From the NCBI GenBank assembly GCA_052030825.1, contig JBPEYE010000029.1, positions 1 through 47,099 on the forward strand: DNA of 47,099 nucleotides. The letters run 5' to 3'. Each line of letters starts with the position of its first letter. Position 1 is the stretch's first letter. Below, piece by piece: positions 1 through 9,092 of this stretch. The DNA is from Gammaproteobacteria bacterium. Lineage in GTDB: Bacteria; Pseudomonadota; Gammaproteobacteria; GCA-001735895. The notes below the pieces were generated by a model. The model saw nothing but the letters and a program-made list of their open reading frames with translations, ran no database searches and was not told the DNA's origin. Position numbers and translations under genes: made by a program.

Positions 1-1373
1 CGGATGACAACGAAGAACGAGCCGCCGCCGCGGTTGACGCGCAGCAGGACCGACGTCATGTTGGCGTCGAGCGCGCCGTAAAACGACTGCAGGTCGCGCA
101 CCCGGCGCTTGTTGACGCCGACGATCACGTCGCCCGGACGCAACCCGCTGAAAGCCGGCGTCGAGTTCGGCTGCACGTTGACGACCAGCACGCCGTCGCC
201 GTCGGGGTTGTCGTCGAGGCTCAGGCCCTCGAGAATCGCCGGCAGGCGGCCGCTGCCGGCCTGCGCCACCTGGCCCTGTGGTTTGCCGACATCGAGGTTG
301 AGCTTGATTTCCTTGCCTTCGCGCAACAGCGTCAGGCGCACCTTGTCACCGATTTGTTTGATGCCGATCGCGCTGCGCAGCTGGCCGGTCGACGTGGTCT
401 GCTTGCCGTCGACTTCGACAATAATGTCGCCGGCCTTGACCCCGGCCTTGTCCGCCGGCGAGCCGTCGAACACGTTGGTCACGAGCACGCCGAACTGGCC
501 GACCTCGAGATCGAAGGCATCGCGCAGATCGGGCGTGATGTCCTGGATGCCGACGCCGATCTGGCCGCGACGGACCTCGCCGTAGGCGAGTATCTGGTCC
601 ATGCTGGCTTTTGCCATGTCGACCGGGATCGCGAAACCGATGCCGACGTTGCCGCCGGCCGGCGAGATGATTGCGGTGTTGATGCCGACCAGTTCGCCCT
701 TGAGGTTGACCAGCGCGCCACCGGAGTTACCCGGGTTGATCGACGCGTCGGTCTGAATGTAATTCTCGTAGCCTTCCATGCCGATACCGCTGCGCTCGAG
801 CGCGCTGACGACGCCGGTCGTGACCGTCTGGCCGAGCCCGAACGGGTTGCCGATGGCGACGACGAAGTCACCGACTTCGAGCTGATTCGGATCGGCAAAT
901 TTGACGTCGACCAGCTTGTCCGCCTTGATTTCGAGGATCGCGATGTCGAGGTCGGGGTCGGTGCCGACGACTTTCGCCTTGTAGCTGCGGCCATCCTCCA
1001 GACCGACGTGGACTTCGTCGGCATTGCGAATCACGTGGTAATTGGTCATGACGATGCCTTTCTTCGCGTCGACGATGACGCCCGAACCGGCGCTCTGTTG
1101 GCGTCGCTGAGGGCGCTGCTCACGCTGATCGGGCACTGGCGGCAAATCGAAGAAGCGGCGGAAGAACGGGTCCTGCAGCAGCGGGTTGCTGGTCACTTCC
1201 TGGGTCGAGAAGGTCGCGATGTTGACGACCGCCGGGTTGACCTGTTTGAGCATCGGCGCGAGCGATGGAAACGGTCGACCCTGCGCGTCGGTGCCCGGCA
1301 GCACCGCGTGCGCGCTGGGCAAGCCTACCGTCAGTAGCATCAGCGCAAGTAACAAGTGAATTCGTGGCTTCAT
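1..1373 (-). CDS. Do/DegP/DegQ-family periplasmic serine endoprotease (C-terminus cut by window edge)
   Basis: Open minus-strand frame that reaches the window edge, so it is absent from the ORF track. The ATG is the complement of 1371-1373. The translation starts MKPRIHLLLALMLLTVGLPSAHA (signal peptide). Trypsin-fold triad contexts are TNYHVI (His), DLDIAILEI (Asp) and TDASINPGNSGGALVN (Ser). Two PDZ-like segments follow (GVLVTNVFDGSPADKAGVKAGDIIVEVDG; GVLVVNVQPNSTPAFSGLRPGDVIVGVN). Confidence 0.9.
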   Translation of the reverse strand, partial: MKPRIHLLLALMLLTVGLPSAHAVLPGTDAQGRPFPSLAPMLKQVNPAVVNIATFSTQEVTSNPLLQDPFFRRFFDLPPVPDQREQRPQRRQQSAGSGVIVDAKKGIVMTNYHVIRNADEVHVGLEDGRSYKAKVVGTDPDLDIAILEIKADKLVDVKFADPNQLEVGDFVVAIGNPFGLGQTVTTGVVSALERSGIGMEGYENYIQTDASINPGNSGGALVNLKGELVGINTAIISPAGGNVGIGFAIPVDMAKASMDQILAYGEVRRGQIGVGIQDITPDLRDAFDLEVGQFGVLVTNVFDGSPADKAGVKAGDIIVEVDGKQTTSTGQLRSAIGIKQIGDKVRLTLLREGKEIKLNLDVGKPQGQVAQAGSGRLPAILEGLSLDDNPDGDGVLVVNVQPNSTPAFSGLRPGDVIVGVNKRRVRDLQSFYGALDANMTSVLLRVNRGGGSFFVVI

Positions 1374-1433
1374 GATTCGGTCTCGTTGATCAGGTTGATA
1401 GCCCGGCCTTATCGCTTACGGTCAAAGCCGGGA

Positions 1434-1458
1434 GGTCCGGCCGACCTGCGGCCGGACC
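1434..1458 (-). terminator. GC-rich hairpin downstream of hsp20 (putative terminator, poor U-tract)
   Basis: GGTCCGGCC (1434-1442) and GGCCGGACC (1450-1458) are perfect 9-bp inverted repeats around a 7-nt loop, 15 nt past the hsp20 stop. No clean T-run follows on the minus strand. Confidence 0.35.
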
Positions 1459-1472
1459 GGGTATAAACCGCG

Positions 1473-2048
1473 CTATGCGGCGATCGAAATCCGTTTCACG
1501 TCCTTGCTTGCGGCTTCGCGGCGCGGAATCTCGAGCCGCAGTACGCCGTTGTCGAGCTTCGCGACGATCGCGTCGACGTCGACGTCGTCGGGCAGCGACA
1601 GGGTTCGCTGAAACGATCCATAGCTGCGCTCGACGCGGTAGAACTTCTTGTCCTTGTTCTCGCTCTCGTGCTCGACTTTGCCCTTGATCATCAGCCGGTC
1701 GCCGGCCACCTCGATGCTGAGGTTTTCTTCGCTCATGCCGGGCACGTCGAGGCTGATTTCGTATTGCTTGTCGTCGCCGGACACGTCGATCCGCGGACGA
1801 AAGAATCCGCCAGGCGTCGCGAGCGGCATTTCGCCGAAACCGGCGTTCCAGGACGGCATACCGAACGACTGAAACATGTCGTTGAACCAGCGGTCCATTT
1901 CGCGGTGCATCCGCATCAGCGAATCCGGGCCACTCAGGGTCGCCGGAACGCCGCCGGTTTCGGTGCGCAGGACCGGAACGTGCTGATCGCCGGTCTCGCC
2001 TTCCTCGTGCTTGAACCAGTTCCAGGGTTTCAGTTTTTCGATGTTCAT
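1473..2048 (-). CDS. Small heat-shock protein, Hsp20/alpha-crystallin family
   Basis: ORF track 1473..2057. Alpha-crystallin core: PRIDVSGDDKQYEISLDVPGMSEENLSIEVAGDRLMIKGK...FYRVERSYGSFQRTLSLPDDVD...AKLDNGVLRLEIPR. I prefer the ATG at 2048 (MNIEKLKPWNW) because GGAGAG lies 8 nt upstream. The track start at 2057 is a GTG. Confidence 0.9.
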   Translation of the reverse strand: MNIEKLKPWNWFKHEEGETGDQHVPVLRTETGGVPATLSGPDSLMRMHREMDRWFNDMFQSFGMPSWNAGFGEMPLATPGGFFRPRIDVSGDDKQYEISLDVPGMSEENLSIEVAGDRLMIKGKVEHESENKDKKFYRVERSYGSFQRTLSLPDDVDVDAIVAKLDNGVLRLEIPRREAASKDVKRISIAA

Positions 2049-2117
2049 TCGTATCACTCTCCGTTATCGCTCATTGAACAACAACGCTCGTGAAGAGCGG
2101 CCTTTCGGCGCGCCCTA

Positions 2118-2145
2118 AACTAGGGTCGGACGGGAAAAATTCAAG
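2118..2145 (-). promoter_or_regulatory. Sigma-32 (RpoH)-type heat-shock promoter candidate for hsp20
   Basis: The minus strand reads CTTGAAT-N13-CCCTAGTT. The E. coli sigma-32 consensus is CTTGAAA-N13/14-CCCCATNT. The site lies about 70 nt upstream of the hsp20 ATG. Confidence 0.45.
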
Positions 2146-2286
2146 CCCGATCGGATCGCCGCGGCCGCGGCCGTTGACGGGCCATCGGGCGGCTACTAGG
2201 ATGCACGCAAACGACCGGACCCAAGGCCGACGACCAGGATTGACCCATATGCACCGCCACCGCCCGCTGCCGGCGTCGAAACCATC

Positions 2287-3090
2287 ATGAGCGCACCCGC
2301 CAGCCATGCCGTAGCCATTCCCGCGCCGCGATCGGGCAATCGCCGGCTGAAGACGCTGGTGCGCAAACTCCGGTTCTTCGGCCGTCGCTACCATTGCCCG
2401 CTGTGCGCATCGAATCTGCGCAAACTCAGGCCCTACGGCTTCGATTTCCCGGTCCTGACCGAGAAACGCGTGGTCGGCGGCGGATATCGATTACAGGCAC
2501 AGTGCCCGGTGTGCAAGTCGACCGATCGGGAGCGTTTGCTGTATTTGTATCTCGCGCGCGAGACCGACCTCTTCGAAAGACCGGTCAAGCTGCTGCACGT
2601 GGCGCCGGAACCCGCGTTGAGCGCCTGCCTGCGAGCCACCCCGGGAATCGACTACCTCAGCGCCGACCTGGCTTCCGATTCGGTCATGGTCAAGATGGAC
2701 ATTACCGCGATCGACTGTCCGGACGACAGTTTCGACGTCATCATCTGCAACCACGTGCTCGAGCATATCCCCGACGACCGCCGCGCGATGCGCGAACTGT
2801 GCCGGGTGATGCGGCCGGGCGGCTGGGGCATCCTGCAGGTGCCGATGTCGCTTGCGCTCGAGCAAACCCTCGAAGACCCGAACGTCACGTCACCCGACGA
2901 ACGCGAACGCGTATTCGGTCAATCCGATCACGTGCGCATCTACGCCGCCGACTATGTCGACCGCCTCGAATCCTGCGGTTTCGCCGTGAACCGCTATTGC
3001 TGGTGGCAAGACCCCGAGCTGGCCGCCAACGACAATCCCTTCGGATTGTTGCCAGACGAAACCCTGTACCGCGTCGACAAGCGCCCGTGA
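2287..3090 (+). CDS. Class I SAM-dependent methyltransferase with N-terminal CxxC...CxxC zinc ribbon
   Basis: 267-aa ORF. It has HCPLC...CPVCKSTDRERL, then DVIICNHVLEHIPDDRRAMRELCRVMRPGGWGILQVP, typical of Methyltransf_11/23-type enzymes in glycan clusters. Confidence 0.8.
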   Translation: MSAPASHAVAIPAPRSGNRRLKTLVRKLRFFGRRYHCPLCASNLRKLRPYGFDFPVLTEKRVVGGGYRLQAQCPVCKSTDRERLLYLYLARETDLFERPVKLLHVAPEPALSACLRATPGIDYLSADLASDSVMVKMDITAIDCPDDSFDVIICNHVLEHIPDDRRAMRELCRVMRPGGWGILQVPMSLALEQTLEDPNVTSPDERERVFGQSDHVRIYAADYVDRLESCGFAVNRYCWWQDPELAANDNPFGLLPDETLYRVDKRP

Positions 3091-3247
3091 GTCAGCCAGC
3101 AATGCCTCGCCGTTTCCGATCACCGGCATCGTTTCGGGCACCCGGCCCGTGGTGGCGTCATTTCGGTGCCCGCTGTCATTGGCGCAAGCCCGGCATTGCC
3201 GGGGCGACGGATACCGGCAGGCCGAACGAATGCCGGGCGATCGCGGC

Positions 3248-4261
3248 ATGAACACGGCCGCAAGCGCGGGAAATCCGGTCGAGATCTCGATCATCGTGCC
3301 GGCCTACAATGTCGCACCCTATATCGGGGAATGCCTGCAAAGCATCGAGGCGCAGGCATTCGCCGGTCGCATCGAAGTCTTGCTGATCGACGATTGCTCC
3401 ACCGACGACAGTTTCGCGATCTGCCGTGACTTCGTCGCCAGCCACCCGGAAAAATACCGGCTGCTGCAAAACCCGGCCAACCAGGGCGTCAGCGCGACCC
3501 GCAACCGCGGACTCGACGAAGCGCGCGGAACCTTCTTCCTGTTCATCGACCCCGACGACCTGCTCCCTCCCGATGCGCTGACGGCGCTATACGAGGCGGC
3601 CTCGACTTCCGGTGCAAGCATCGTCAAGGGCAACAACACGATCTTCGATGCGACGCGCGAGCGGGACGCGCGTTACAACGCCGAACGCAGCTATCGCGTC
3701 GATGGGGACGCGGTGCTGACCACGCTGTACCGACACGAACACGTGCGAGGCCACCCCTGGGGCAAGCTGTTTCGCCGTGAACCGCTCGGCCAGTACCGCT
3801 TTCCGCTCGGCGTGCGCATGGCGCAGGACCTCTACTACTGCAGCGAGGTTTTCGCGCATGCGGACTCGCTGCTGCTGCTGGCGCGCACGGTCTATCGCTA
3901 TCGCGACCGCGACAGCGGTTCGACCGGGCGCAAATTCCGCTCCGGCTCGTTTCTCGACTGGCTCGATTCGGTCGAAAAGACCGGCGATTTCGCGGTTACG
4001 CCGGGACAACGACGCGCCCACCGCGAGCTGCTGGTCCGCACGATCAATCAACTGGCCCGTGAAAGCCGCGCCCTGCCGCCGGACGAGGCCTCGCGGGTGC
4101 TTGGCGAGATCGAGGAACGCTGCCGTCGCTGGGAGATTCGGCTCGGGACGCTGCTGGCACGCGATCGCCTCGGGCCGCGCTCGCTGCTGCGTTACCTGAA
4201 GATGCGGCTGGCGCTGCGCGCGACCCGCCGCGGGCTGGGCCAGGCGGGGGCGGCGAAATGA
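3248..4261 (+). CDS. Family 2 glycosyltransferase
   Basis: Start taken at the internal ATG 3248 (MNTAASAGNPVEISIIVPAYNVAPYIGECLQSIEAQ). GT2 hallmarks present: IVPAYN, LIDDCSTDDS, NQGVSATRN and the DPDD (DxD) motif. The stop overlaps the next start (ATGA at 4258-4261). Confidence 0.85.
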   Translation: MNTAASAGNPVEISIIVPAYNVAPYIGECLQSIEAQAFAGRIEVLLIDDCSTDDSFAICRDFVASHPEKYRLLQNPANQGVSATRNRGLDEARGTFFLFIDPDDLLPPDALTALYEAASTSGASIVKGNNTIFDATRERDARYNAERSYRVDGDAVLTTLYRHEHVRGHPWGKLFRREPLGQYRFPLGVRMAQDLYYCSEVFAHADSLLLLARTVYRYRDRDSGSTGRKFRSGSFLDWLDSVEKTGDFAVTPGQRRAHRELLVRTINQLARESRALPPDEASRVLGEIEERCRRWEIRLGTLLARDRLGPRSLLRYLKMRLALRATRRGLGQAGAAK

Positions 4262-5382
4262 ACGCCGCGGCGACGGCCCCGAGTCCGGGCGTCGTGATAT
4301 TTCGCAAACGTCTGCTGCCCTACTCGGAAACCTTTATTGCCGACCAGGGCCACCGGCTGCCTCGCTATCGGCCGCTGTACTGCGGTTTTCGTCGCGACCC
4401 GTCCGGCCTCGCCCTGCTCGGCGACGCGCCGCGCGCGTTGCTCGACGATACGAGCCCGCGGGCGACGCTCGACAAGCTTCGCTTCCGTCTCGGCCTTGGT
4501 GGCGCTCGCGCCTGGCTCGAGACCATCCGCGCGCATCGGCCGGCGCTCGTGCACGCGCATTTTCTTGCCGATGGCATCGATGCGGCGCGCCTCGGCCGCT
4601 TGCTCGCGTTGCCGACGGTCACCACGCTGCACGGCCACGATATCAGCAAACACCCCGCCGGCGGCAGTCGCGCCACGCGAACGCTGTTCGACCGCGCCGG
4701 GCGGGTCATCGCGGTATCGCATTTTATCGCCCGTGAGGCGCTCGCGCGCGGTTGCCCGGAATCCAAACTGCGCCAGCACTACATCGGCATCGATCTGGAC
4801 AAGTTCAGCTTGCCGCGGCGCGAAGTCGATACACCGAGTCTGCTGTTCGTCGGCCGGCTGGTCGAGAAAAAAGGCTGCACCTATTTGTTACAGGCGATGG
4901 AGGCATTGCGCGACCGCGTTGCCGATCTGAGCCTGAGAATCATCGGCGATGGCATATTGAAGCCGGCGCTCGAGCGCGAAGCGGCGGAACGAAAACTCGC
5001 AGTCGAGTTCGTCGGCAGCGTCGCGCCCGAGACCGTACGCGACGAGCTCGCCCGCTGCTGGCTGTTCGTCGCCCCGAGCGTTACCGCGACCGACGGTGAC
5101 GTCGAGGGCCTCGGCATGGTATTCCTCGAGGCGCAGGCGCTCGAGGTGCCCGTGGTCAGCTTTGCCAGCGGCGGCGTGGTGGAGGCCGTGGTCGACGGCG
5201 AAACCGGGTTGCTTTGCGCCGAAAAAGACGTTGCCGCGCTGGCGGACAATATTGCCCAATTGCTGGAAAACACGGCGCTGCGCCACCAGATGGGACAACG
5301 CGGGCGGGCGCGGGTCGAGGCGCAATTCGACATCCGCAAACAGTGCGCGCTATTAGAGCAGATTTACGACGAGATCATTTGA
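4258..5382 (+). CDS. Family 4 (GT-B, RfaG/WcaL-like) glycosyltransferase
   Basis: 374 aa. The C-terminal half reads LLFVGRLVEKKGCTYLLQAM...PSVTATDGDVEGLGMVFLEAQALEVPVVSFASGGVVEAVVDGETGLL, the E-x7-E GT4 signature region. Confidence 0.85.
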   Translation: MNAAATAPSPGVVIFRKRLLPYSETFIADQGHRLPRYRPLYCGFRRDPSGLALLGDAPRALLDDTSPRATLDKLRFRLGLGGARAWLETIRAHRPALVHAHFLADGIDAARLGRLLALPTVTTLHGHDISKHPAGGSRATRTLFDRAGRVIAVSHFIAREALARGCPESKLRQHYIGIDLDKFSLPRREVDTPSLLFVGRLVEKKGCTYLLQAMEALRDRVADLSLRIIGDGILKPALEREAAERKLAVEFVGSVAPETVRDELARCWLFVAPSVTATDGDVEGLGMVFLEAQALEVPVVSFASGGVVEAVVDGETGLLCAEKDVAALADNIAQLLENTALRHQMGQRGRARVEAQFDIRKQCALLEQIYDEII

Positions 5383-6218
5383 TGTTCGCCTCGGTCATAT
5401 TCACGACCTACAACCACCCGAAGTGGCTGGAGAAAACGCTTTGGGGATTCGCCGCACAGACCTGGCGCGACTTCGAGATCGTCGTCGCCGACGACGGTTC
5501 CGGCGCCGAGACCCGCGAGGTCATCGAGCGGGCGCAGCGGGAGATCGACATCCCGATCCAGCATCTCTGGCAGGAAGACGACGGTTTCCAGAAGTGCAGG
5601 ATCCTGAACAAGGCAATCGTCGCGAGCCGCGGCGAGTACCTGATTTTCACCGACGGCGATTGCATCCCGCACCCCGATTTCGTCCGCAACCACGTCGAGC
5701 TCGCGGAACCCGGCACGATGCTGTCGGGCGGCTATTTCAAGCTGCCGCTCGAGGTTTCGCGCGCAATTACGCGCGCGGACATCGATAACGGCAATGCCAC
5801 CCGCCCGGGCTGGCTGCTGCGACACGGCGTGCCGTTCACGCCGAAGATCGCGAAGCTGTGCACGAACCGGACCCTGGGCGCGATACTCGACGCGTTGACG
5901 ATCACGCGCGCGACCTGGAACGGGCATAGCTCATCGACCTGGAAAGAGCACATCGTCGCGACCAACGGCTTCGACGAGCGCATGCAGTACGGCGGCCAGG
6001 ACCGCGAATTCGGTGAACGGCTGAGGAACATGGGGATCCGGACCAAGCAGGTGCGCTACCGCTGCAGTTGCGTGCACCTCGATCACGGTCGCGGCTACGC
6101 CAATCCCGACTCGATCGCGAAGAATCGCGCGATCCGGCGCCATACCCGCGAACACCGGGTTACGCGAACCCCCTACGGCATCGTCAGCGAACAGCCGCTC
6201 GCGGCGGACCCCGCCTAG
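5382..6218 (+). CDS. Family 2 glycosyltransferase (galactosyltransferase-like C-terminal region)
   Basis: Start at ATG 5382 (MFASVIFTTYNHPKWLEKTL), overlapping the upstream TGA by 1 nt. Motifs: VVADDGSG, LIFTDGDCIP (DxD) and NGFDERMQYGGQDREFGERL. The track start at 5214 lies inside the previous gene. Confidence 0.85.
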   Translation: MFASVIFTTYNHPKWLEKTLWGFAAQTWRDFEIVVADDGSGAETREVIERAQREIDIPIQHLWQEDDGFQKCRILNKAIVASRGEYLIFTDGDCIPHPDFVRNHVELAEPGTMLSGGYFKLPLEVSRAITRADIDNGNATRPGWLLRHGVPFTPKIAKLCTNRTLGAILDALTITRATWNGHSSSTWKEHIVATNGFDERMQYGGQDREFGERLRNMGIRTKQVRYRCSCVHLDHGRGYANPDSIAKNRAIRRHTREHRVTRTPYGIVSEQPLAADPA

Positions 6219-7573
6219 AGGTACCAGGCGTATTCGCGCTCGTGGATCGCCTCCATGAAGGCGTCGAATTCAGCGTCCTTCACATCGGCATAGATTTGCA
6301 GGTACTCGGCGCCCAGGTAGTCGGGCAAAATGCGCGCACCGCGCAAAGCCGGCAATGCCTGCCACAGCGCCAGCGGTAGCCCGGCATCGACTTCGGCGCC
6401 GGCGTTACCGGTGTGCTTGTCGCCGGCGTCGAGCCCCGCGGTCAGGCCGTGGTGCACCCCGGCGAGGACCGCGGCAACGACGAGGTAGGGATTGGCCTCG
6501 GCGCCGGCAACCCGGTGTTCGATACGGCGGCTGGCGGCGTCGCTCGGCGGTATCCTGAAGGCCACCGAGCGGTTGTTGTCTCCCCAGTCGGTCGTTACCG
6601 GCGTGAACTCGTCGGGTTTGAAGCGCCGGTAAACGTTCAGGTTCGGCGCGAACAACGCCATCGCCTCGGCCATCGTCGCCTGCAGACCGCCGACCGCGCG
6701 CGACAGCGTCGAATCCGATCCGCTGCGCTCGGCGTCGAAGACGTTTTCGCCGTCGGCATCGAGCAGCGACAGGTGAACGTGCATGCCGCTGCCCGACTGG
6801 TCGATGAACGGCTTCGACATGAAGGTCGCGTCCAGGCCGAGCGAGCGGGATACGCCAATCACCGCGCGGCGCAGCAAGGCGGCATGATCGGCCGCCAGCA
6901 ACGGATCGTCCAGGTGCTGCAGATTGATTTCGAACTGGCCGGCGCCGTACTCGCTGATCATCGATGTCGTCGGAATACCCTGCAGGTGGCAGGCACGCTC
7001 GATCGCGCCGAGCACCTCGTCGAACTCGTCGAGCTTGTCGAGCGACAATACCTTGCCGCTCGAATCCGGTCGCCCGCTGCGGGGCGAGGTCGCCGGACGC
7101 GGCGCGCCGTCGTCGCCGCGCTCGCGATCGAGCAGGTAGAACTCCAGTTCGACCGCGAGTCGGGGGGTCAATCCGAGACTGTCGAATTTTTCCACGACTC
7201 GCCGCAATACGCGCCGCGGCTCGTACCACAACGGCGCGCCGTCGCGCGCACCGGCAAATTCGCACAGGACCTGGCTGCGTTGCCCACCGAGCCACGGCAC
7301 CGGCCTGAGCGTGCCGGCGATCGGTCGGGCGAAGGCGTCGGGATCCCCGTCCGAGAATCCGTAACCCATCGGGTCGGCGGTATTGCCCATCACGTCGACC
7401 AGCTGCATCGCCGCGCAGACCGGCGTGCCCTGGTCGAAAACCGACGCCATCGCACTCGCCGGCACGCGCTTGCCGATGGCGTTGCCGCACAAATCGATGA
7501 TCAGCACGTCGAGATGCGTGGTTTCGGGGTGCGCTTCGAGATATCGCGTCAGTTCTTCGTTACCGTTGTTCAT
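6215..7573 (-). CDS. Glutamine synthetase-family ligase (gamma-glutamyl-amine synthetase / PuuA-GlnA3-like)
   Basis: 452 aa. GS catalytic-domain motifs: LEFYLLD, ISEYGAGQFEIN, MSKPF...GSGMHVHLSL, NNRSVAFRIP and IEHRVAGAEANPYL. Confidence 0.85.
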   Translation of the reverse strand: MNNGNEELTRYLEAHPETTHLDVLIIDLCGNAIGKRVPASAMASVFDQGTPVCAAMQLVDVMGNTADPMGYGFSDGDPDAFARPIAGTLRPVPWLGGQRSQVLCEFAGARDGAPLWYEPRRVLRRVVEKFDSLGLTPRLAVELEFYLLDRERGDDGAPRPATSPRSGRPDSSGKVLSLDKLDEFDEVLGAIERACHLQGIPTTSMISEYGAGQFEINLQHLDDPLLAADHAALLRRAVIGVSRSLGLDATFMSKPFIDQSGSGMHVHLSLLDADGENVFDAERSGSDSTLSRAVGGLQATMAEAMALFAPNLNVYRRFKPDEFTPVTTDWGDNNRSVAFRIPPSDAASRRIEHRVAGAEANPYLVVAAVLAGVHHGLTAGLDAGDKHTGNAGAEVDAGLPLALWQALPALRGARILPDYLGAEYLQIYADVKDAEFDAFMEAIHEREYAWYL

Positions 7574-7576
7574 GGT

Positions 7577-8209
7577 CTAACCTGTTCGGCGGTATGCTTG
7601 GGCGAGACTGAGCGGCTCGGCGGCATGAGCGCGCATGGTCTCGTCGGAATGATACTGCAATCGCGACAGGAATCGCCGCCAGCGTCGCTCGATCTTGCGT
7701 CGGGCAAAGTAATCGATGTTGTCCAGCCAGTTGAGCGCGGTGTGGTTGCCGAGGCCATCGATGACGACGAGCCTGGCCGCGTTCTCGGACTGGCGTCGAA
7801 ACAGCACGTTGAAACGGCCCATGTCGACGCAGAATATAATGCGGTACGCGAGCAGGTTGCGTTTCAGGTCGTCGAGATAGGGCATGAATTCCGCCAGCGG
7901 GTAACCGCGCTCGAAATGCCACCACAACGATCGCGACTCGCCGCCGTCGAAATCGCGAATCCGGTCGACGACGAAGCCGCGACCGAGATTGGTGTCGACT
8001 TCGCCGTAGAACCGCGGAATATGGTCGTAGCTGACGTCGTCACGGCGTTCGAGCCAGCGATAGAACGTCAGTTCGCGCCGGGTTTGCTTGTCGATGGTGC
8101 CACGCTGGACCTTGACCACCTTGTCCGAATCCTGTGGGTGGACGTAACAGGCGCGCTCCTGGCCGACGCCCAGCGGTTCGCCGCTCAGCGTTATGATCTG
8201 CTGCTGCAT
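7577..8209 (-). CDS. yrbL: YrbL-family (PhoP-regulon, kinase-like fold) protein
   Basis: From the internal ATG (MQQQIITLSGEPLGVGQERACYVHPQDSDKVVKV...RRELTFYRWL...IPRFYGEVDTNLGRGFVVDRIRDFDG) the protein is collinear with E. coli YrbL (LSEQSPLGTGRHRKCYAHPED...RRELKYY...IPRYHGTVETDCGTGYVYD). The stop is 4 nt before the GS-like start, suggesting an operon. The 8284 start would add 25 poorly supported residues. Confidence 0.75.
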   Translation of the reverse strand: MQQQIITLSGEPLGVGQERACYVHPQDSDKVVKVQRGTIDKQTRRELTFYRWLERRDDVSYDHIPRFYGEVDTNLGRGFVVDRIRDFDGGESRSLWWHFERGYPLAEFMPYLDDLKRNLLAYRIIFCVDMGRFNVLFRRQSENAARLVVIDGLGNHTALNWLDNIDYFARRKIERRWRRFLSRLQYHSDETMRAHAAEPLSLAQAYRRTG

Positions 8210-8282
8210 ACGGCGGCCAACCTTAGCACGAATCGATTCGCCTGGCTGCACCCGGCCAGGGTCGTGGCATAATACGCGAGCC

Positions 8283-9089
8283 ATGCCCTTGAGTCCGACT
8301 GAAATTGACGCCTACCACCGCGATGGTCTCGTGATCCCGACCGACTACCGCGTGCCCGCGGAAGTTCTCGCCCGGATCGACGCGCTTTATCGAAATCTGC
8401 TCGCCGACAATCGCGGCCATCCGGATTTTTCGCCCGATTTCATTCTCGGACCGCATCTCGACGCGAGCGGCACCTACGGCGTCAAGGGCGATCCGGCGTG
8501 GCTCGAGTTTGCGCGCATCGGCGAAATTCTCGATATGGTCGAGCAACTGATTGGCCCCGATTTCATCCTCTGGGGCATGACGATCTTCGGCAAGCCGGCG
8601 CGTGTCGGCAAGGCGACGCCGTGGCATCAGGACGGCGATTATTACCCGATCGAGCCGCTCGAGACGCTGACCGTCTGGATTTCGCTCGACGGCTCGACGC
8701 CCGAACAGGGCTGTATGCGCTACGTTCCCGGCTCGCATCGCGACCGCCGCGTCTATTCGCACCATTTCGAGCATCGCGACGATTACACCCTCGCCCAGGT
8801 CATCGACGACGGCCAGGTCGACCTGTCGAGCGCCCGCGACGTCATTCTCGAGCCCGGACAGATTTCGCTGCACGACGTCTACCTCGTGCACGGCTCGGAA
8901 GCCAATCGCTCCGAGCGCCGCCGCATGGGCCTGGTCCTGAGGATCATGCCGGCGACGAGTTTCTACAACCACGACAGCGGCAAGATCAAGGAAGACGCCG
9001 GCTCGCCGCACGGTTACTCGAATCGTGCGCTGTTCCTGTTGCGCGGCGAAGACCGCAGCGGGCGCAACGATTTCGAACGGGGCCATTGA
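8283..9089 (+). CDS. Phytanoyl-CoA dioxygenase (PhyH)-family Fe(II)/2-oxoglutarate oxygenase
   Basis: MPLSPTEIDAYHRDGLVIP..., WHQDGDYYP (HxD), TVWISLD and YVPGSHR. Start chosen at the internal ATG 8283. Confidence 0.85.
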   Translation: MPLSPTEIDAYHRDGLVIPTDYRVPAEVLARIDALYRNLLADNRGHPDFSPDFILGPHLDASGTYGVKGDPAWLEFARIGEILDMVEQLIGPDFILWGMTIFGKPARVGKATPWHQDGDYYPIEPLETLTVWISLDGSTPEQGCMRYVPGSHRDRRVYSHHFEHRDDYTLAQVIDDGQVDLSSARDVILEPGQISLHDVYLVHGSEANRSERRRMGLVLRIMPATSFYNHDSGKIKEDAGSPHGYSNRALFLLRGEDRSGRNDFERGH

Positions 9090-9092
9090 CGG

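Noticed and set aside
354-1337. 327-aa plus-strand ORF (and 109..585 +, 479..1024 -) overlapping the degP-like gene
   Set aside because: These are antisense or out-of-frame shadow ORFs of the kind high-GC DNA generates. Their translations are Arg/Ala/Asp-rich and lack motifs, whereas the minus-strand frame gives a full DegP-family sequence.
6215-6218. 4-bp convergent overlap (CTAG) of the GT2 and GS-like stop codons
   Set aside because: Real, but a trivial consequence of the palindromic TAG/CTA. No functional implication can be supported.
6413-8272. 619-aa plus-strand ORF spanning the GS-like and yrbL genes
   Set aside because: Shadow ORF opposite two well-supported minus-strand genes. Low-complexity R/A/G/V composition with no recognisable domains.
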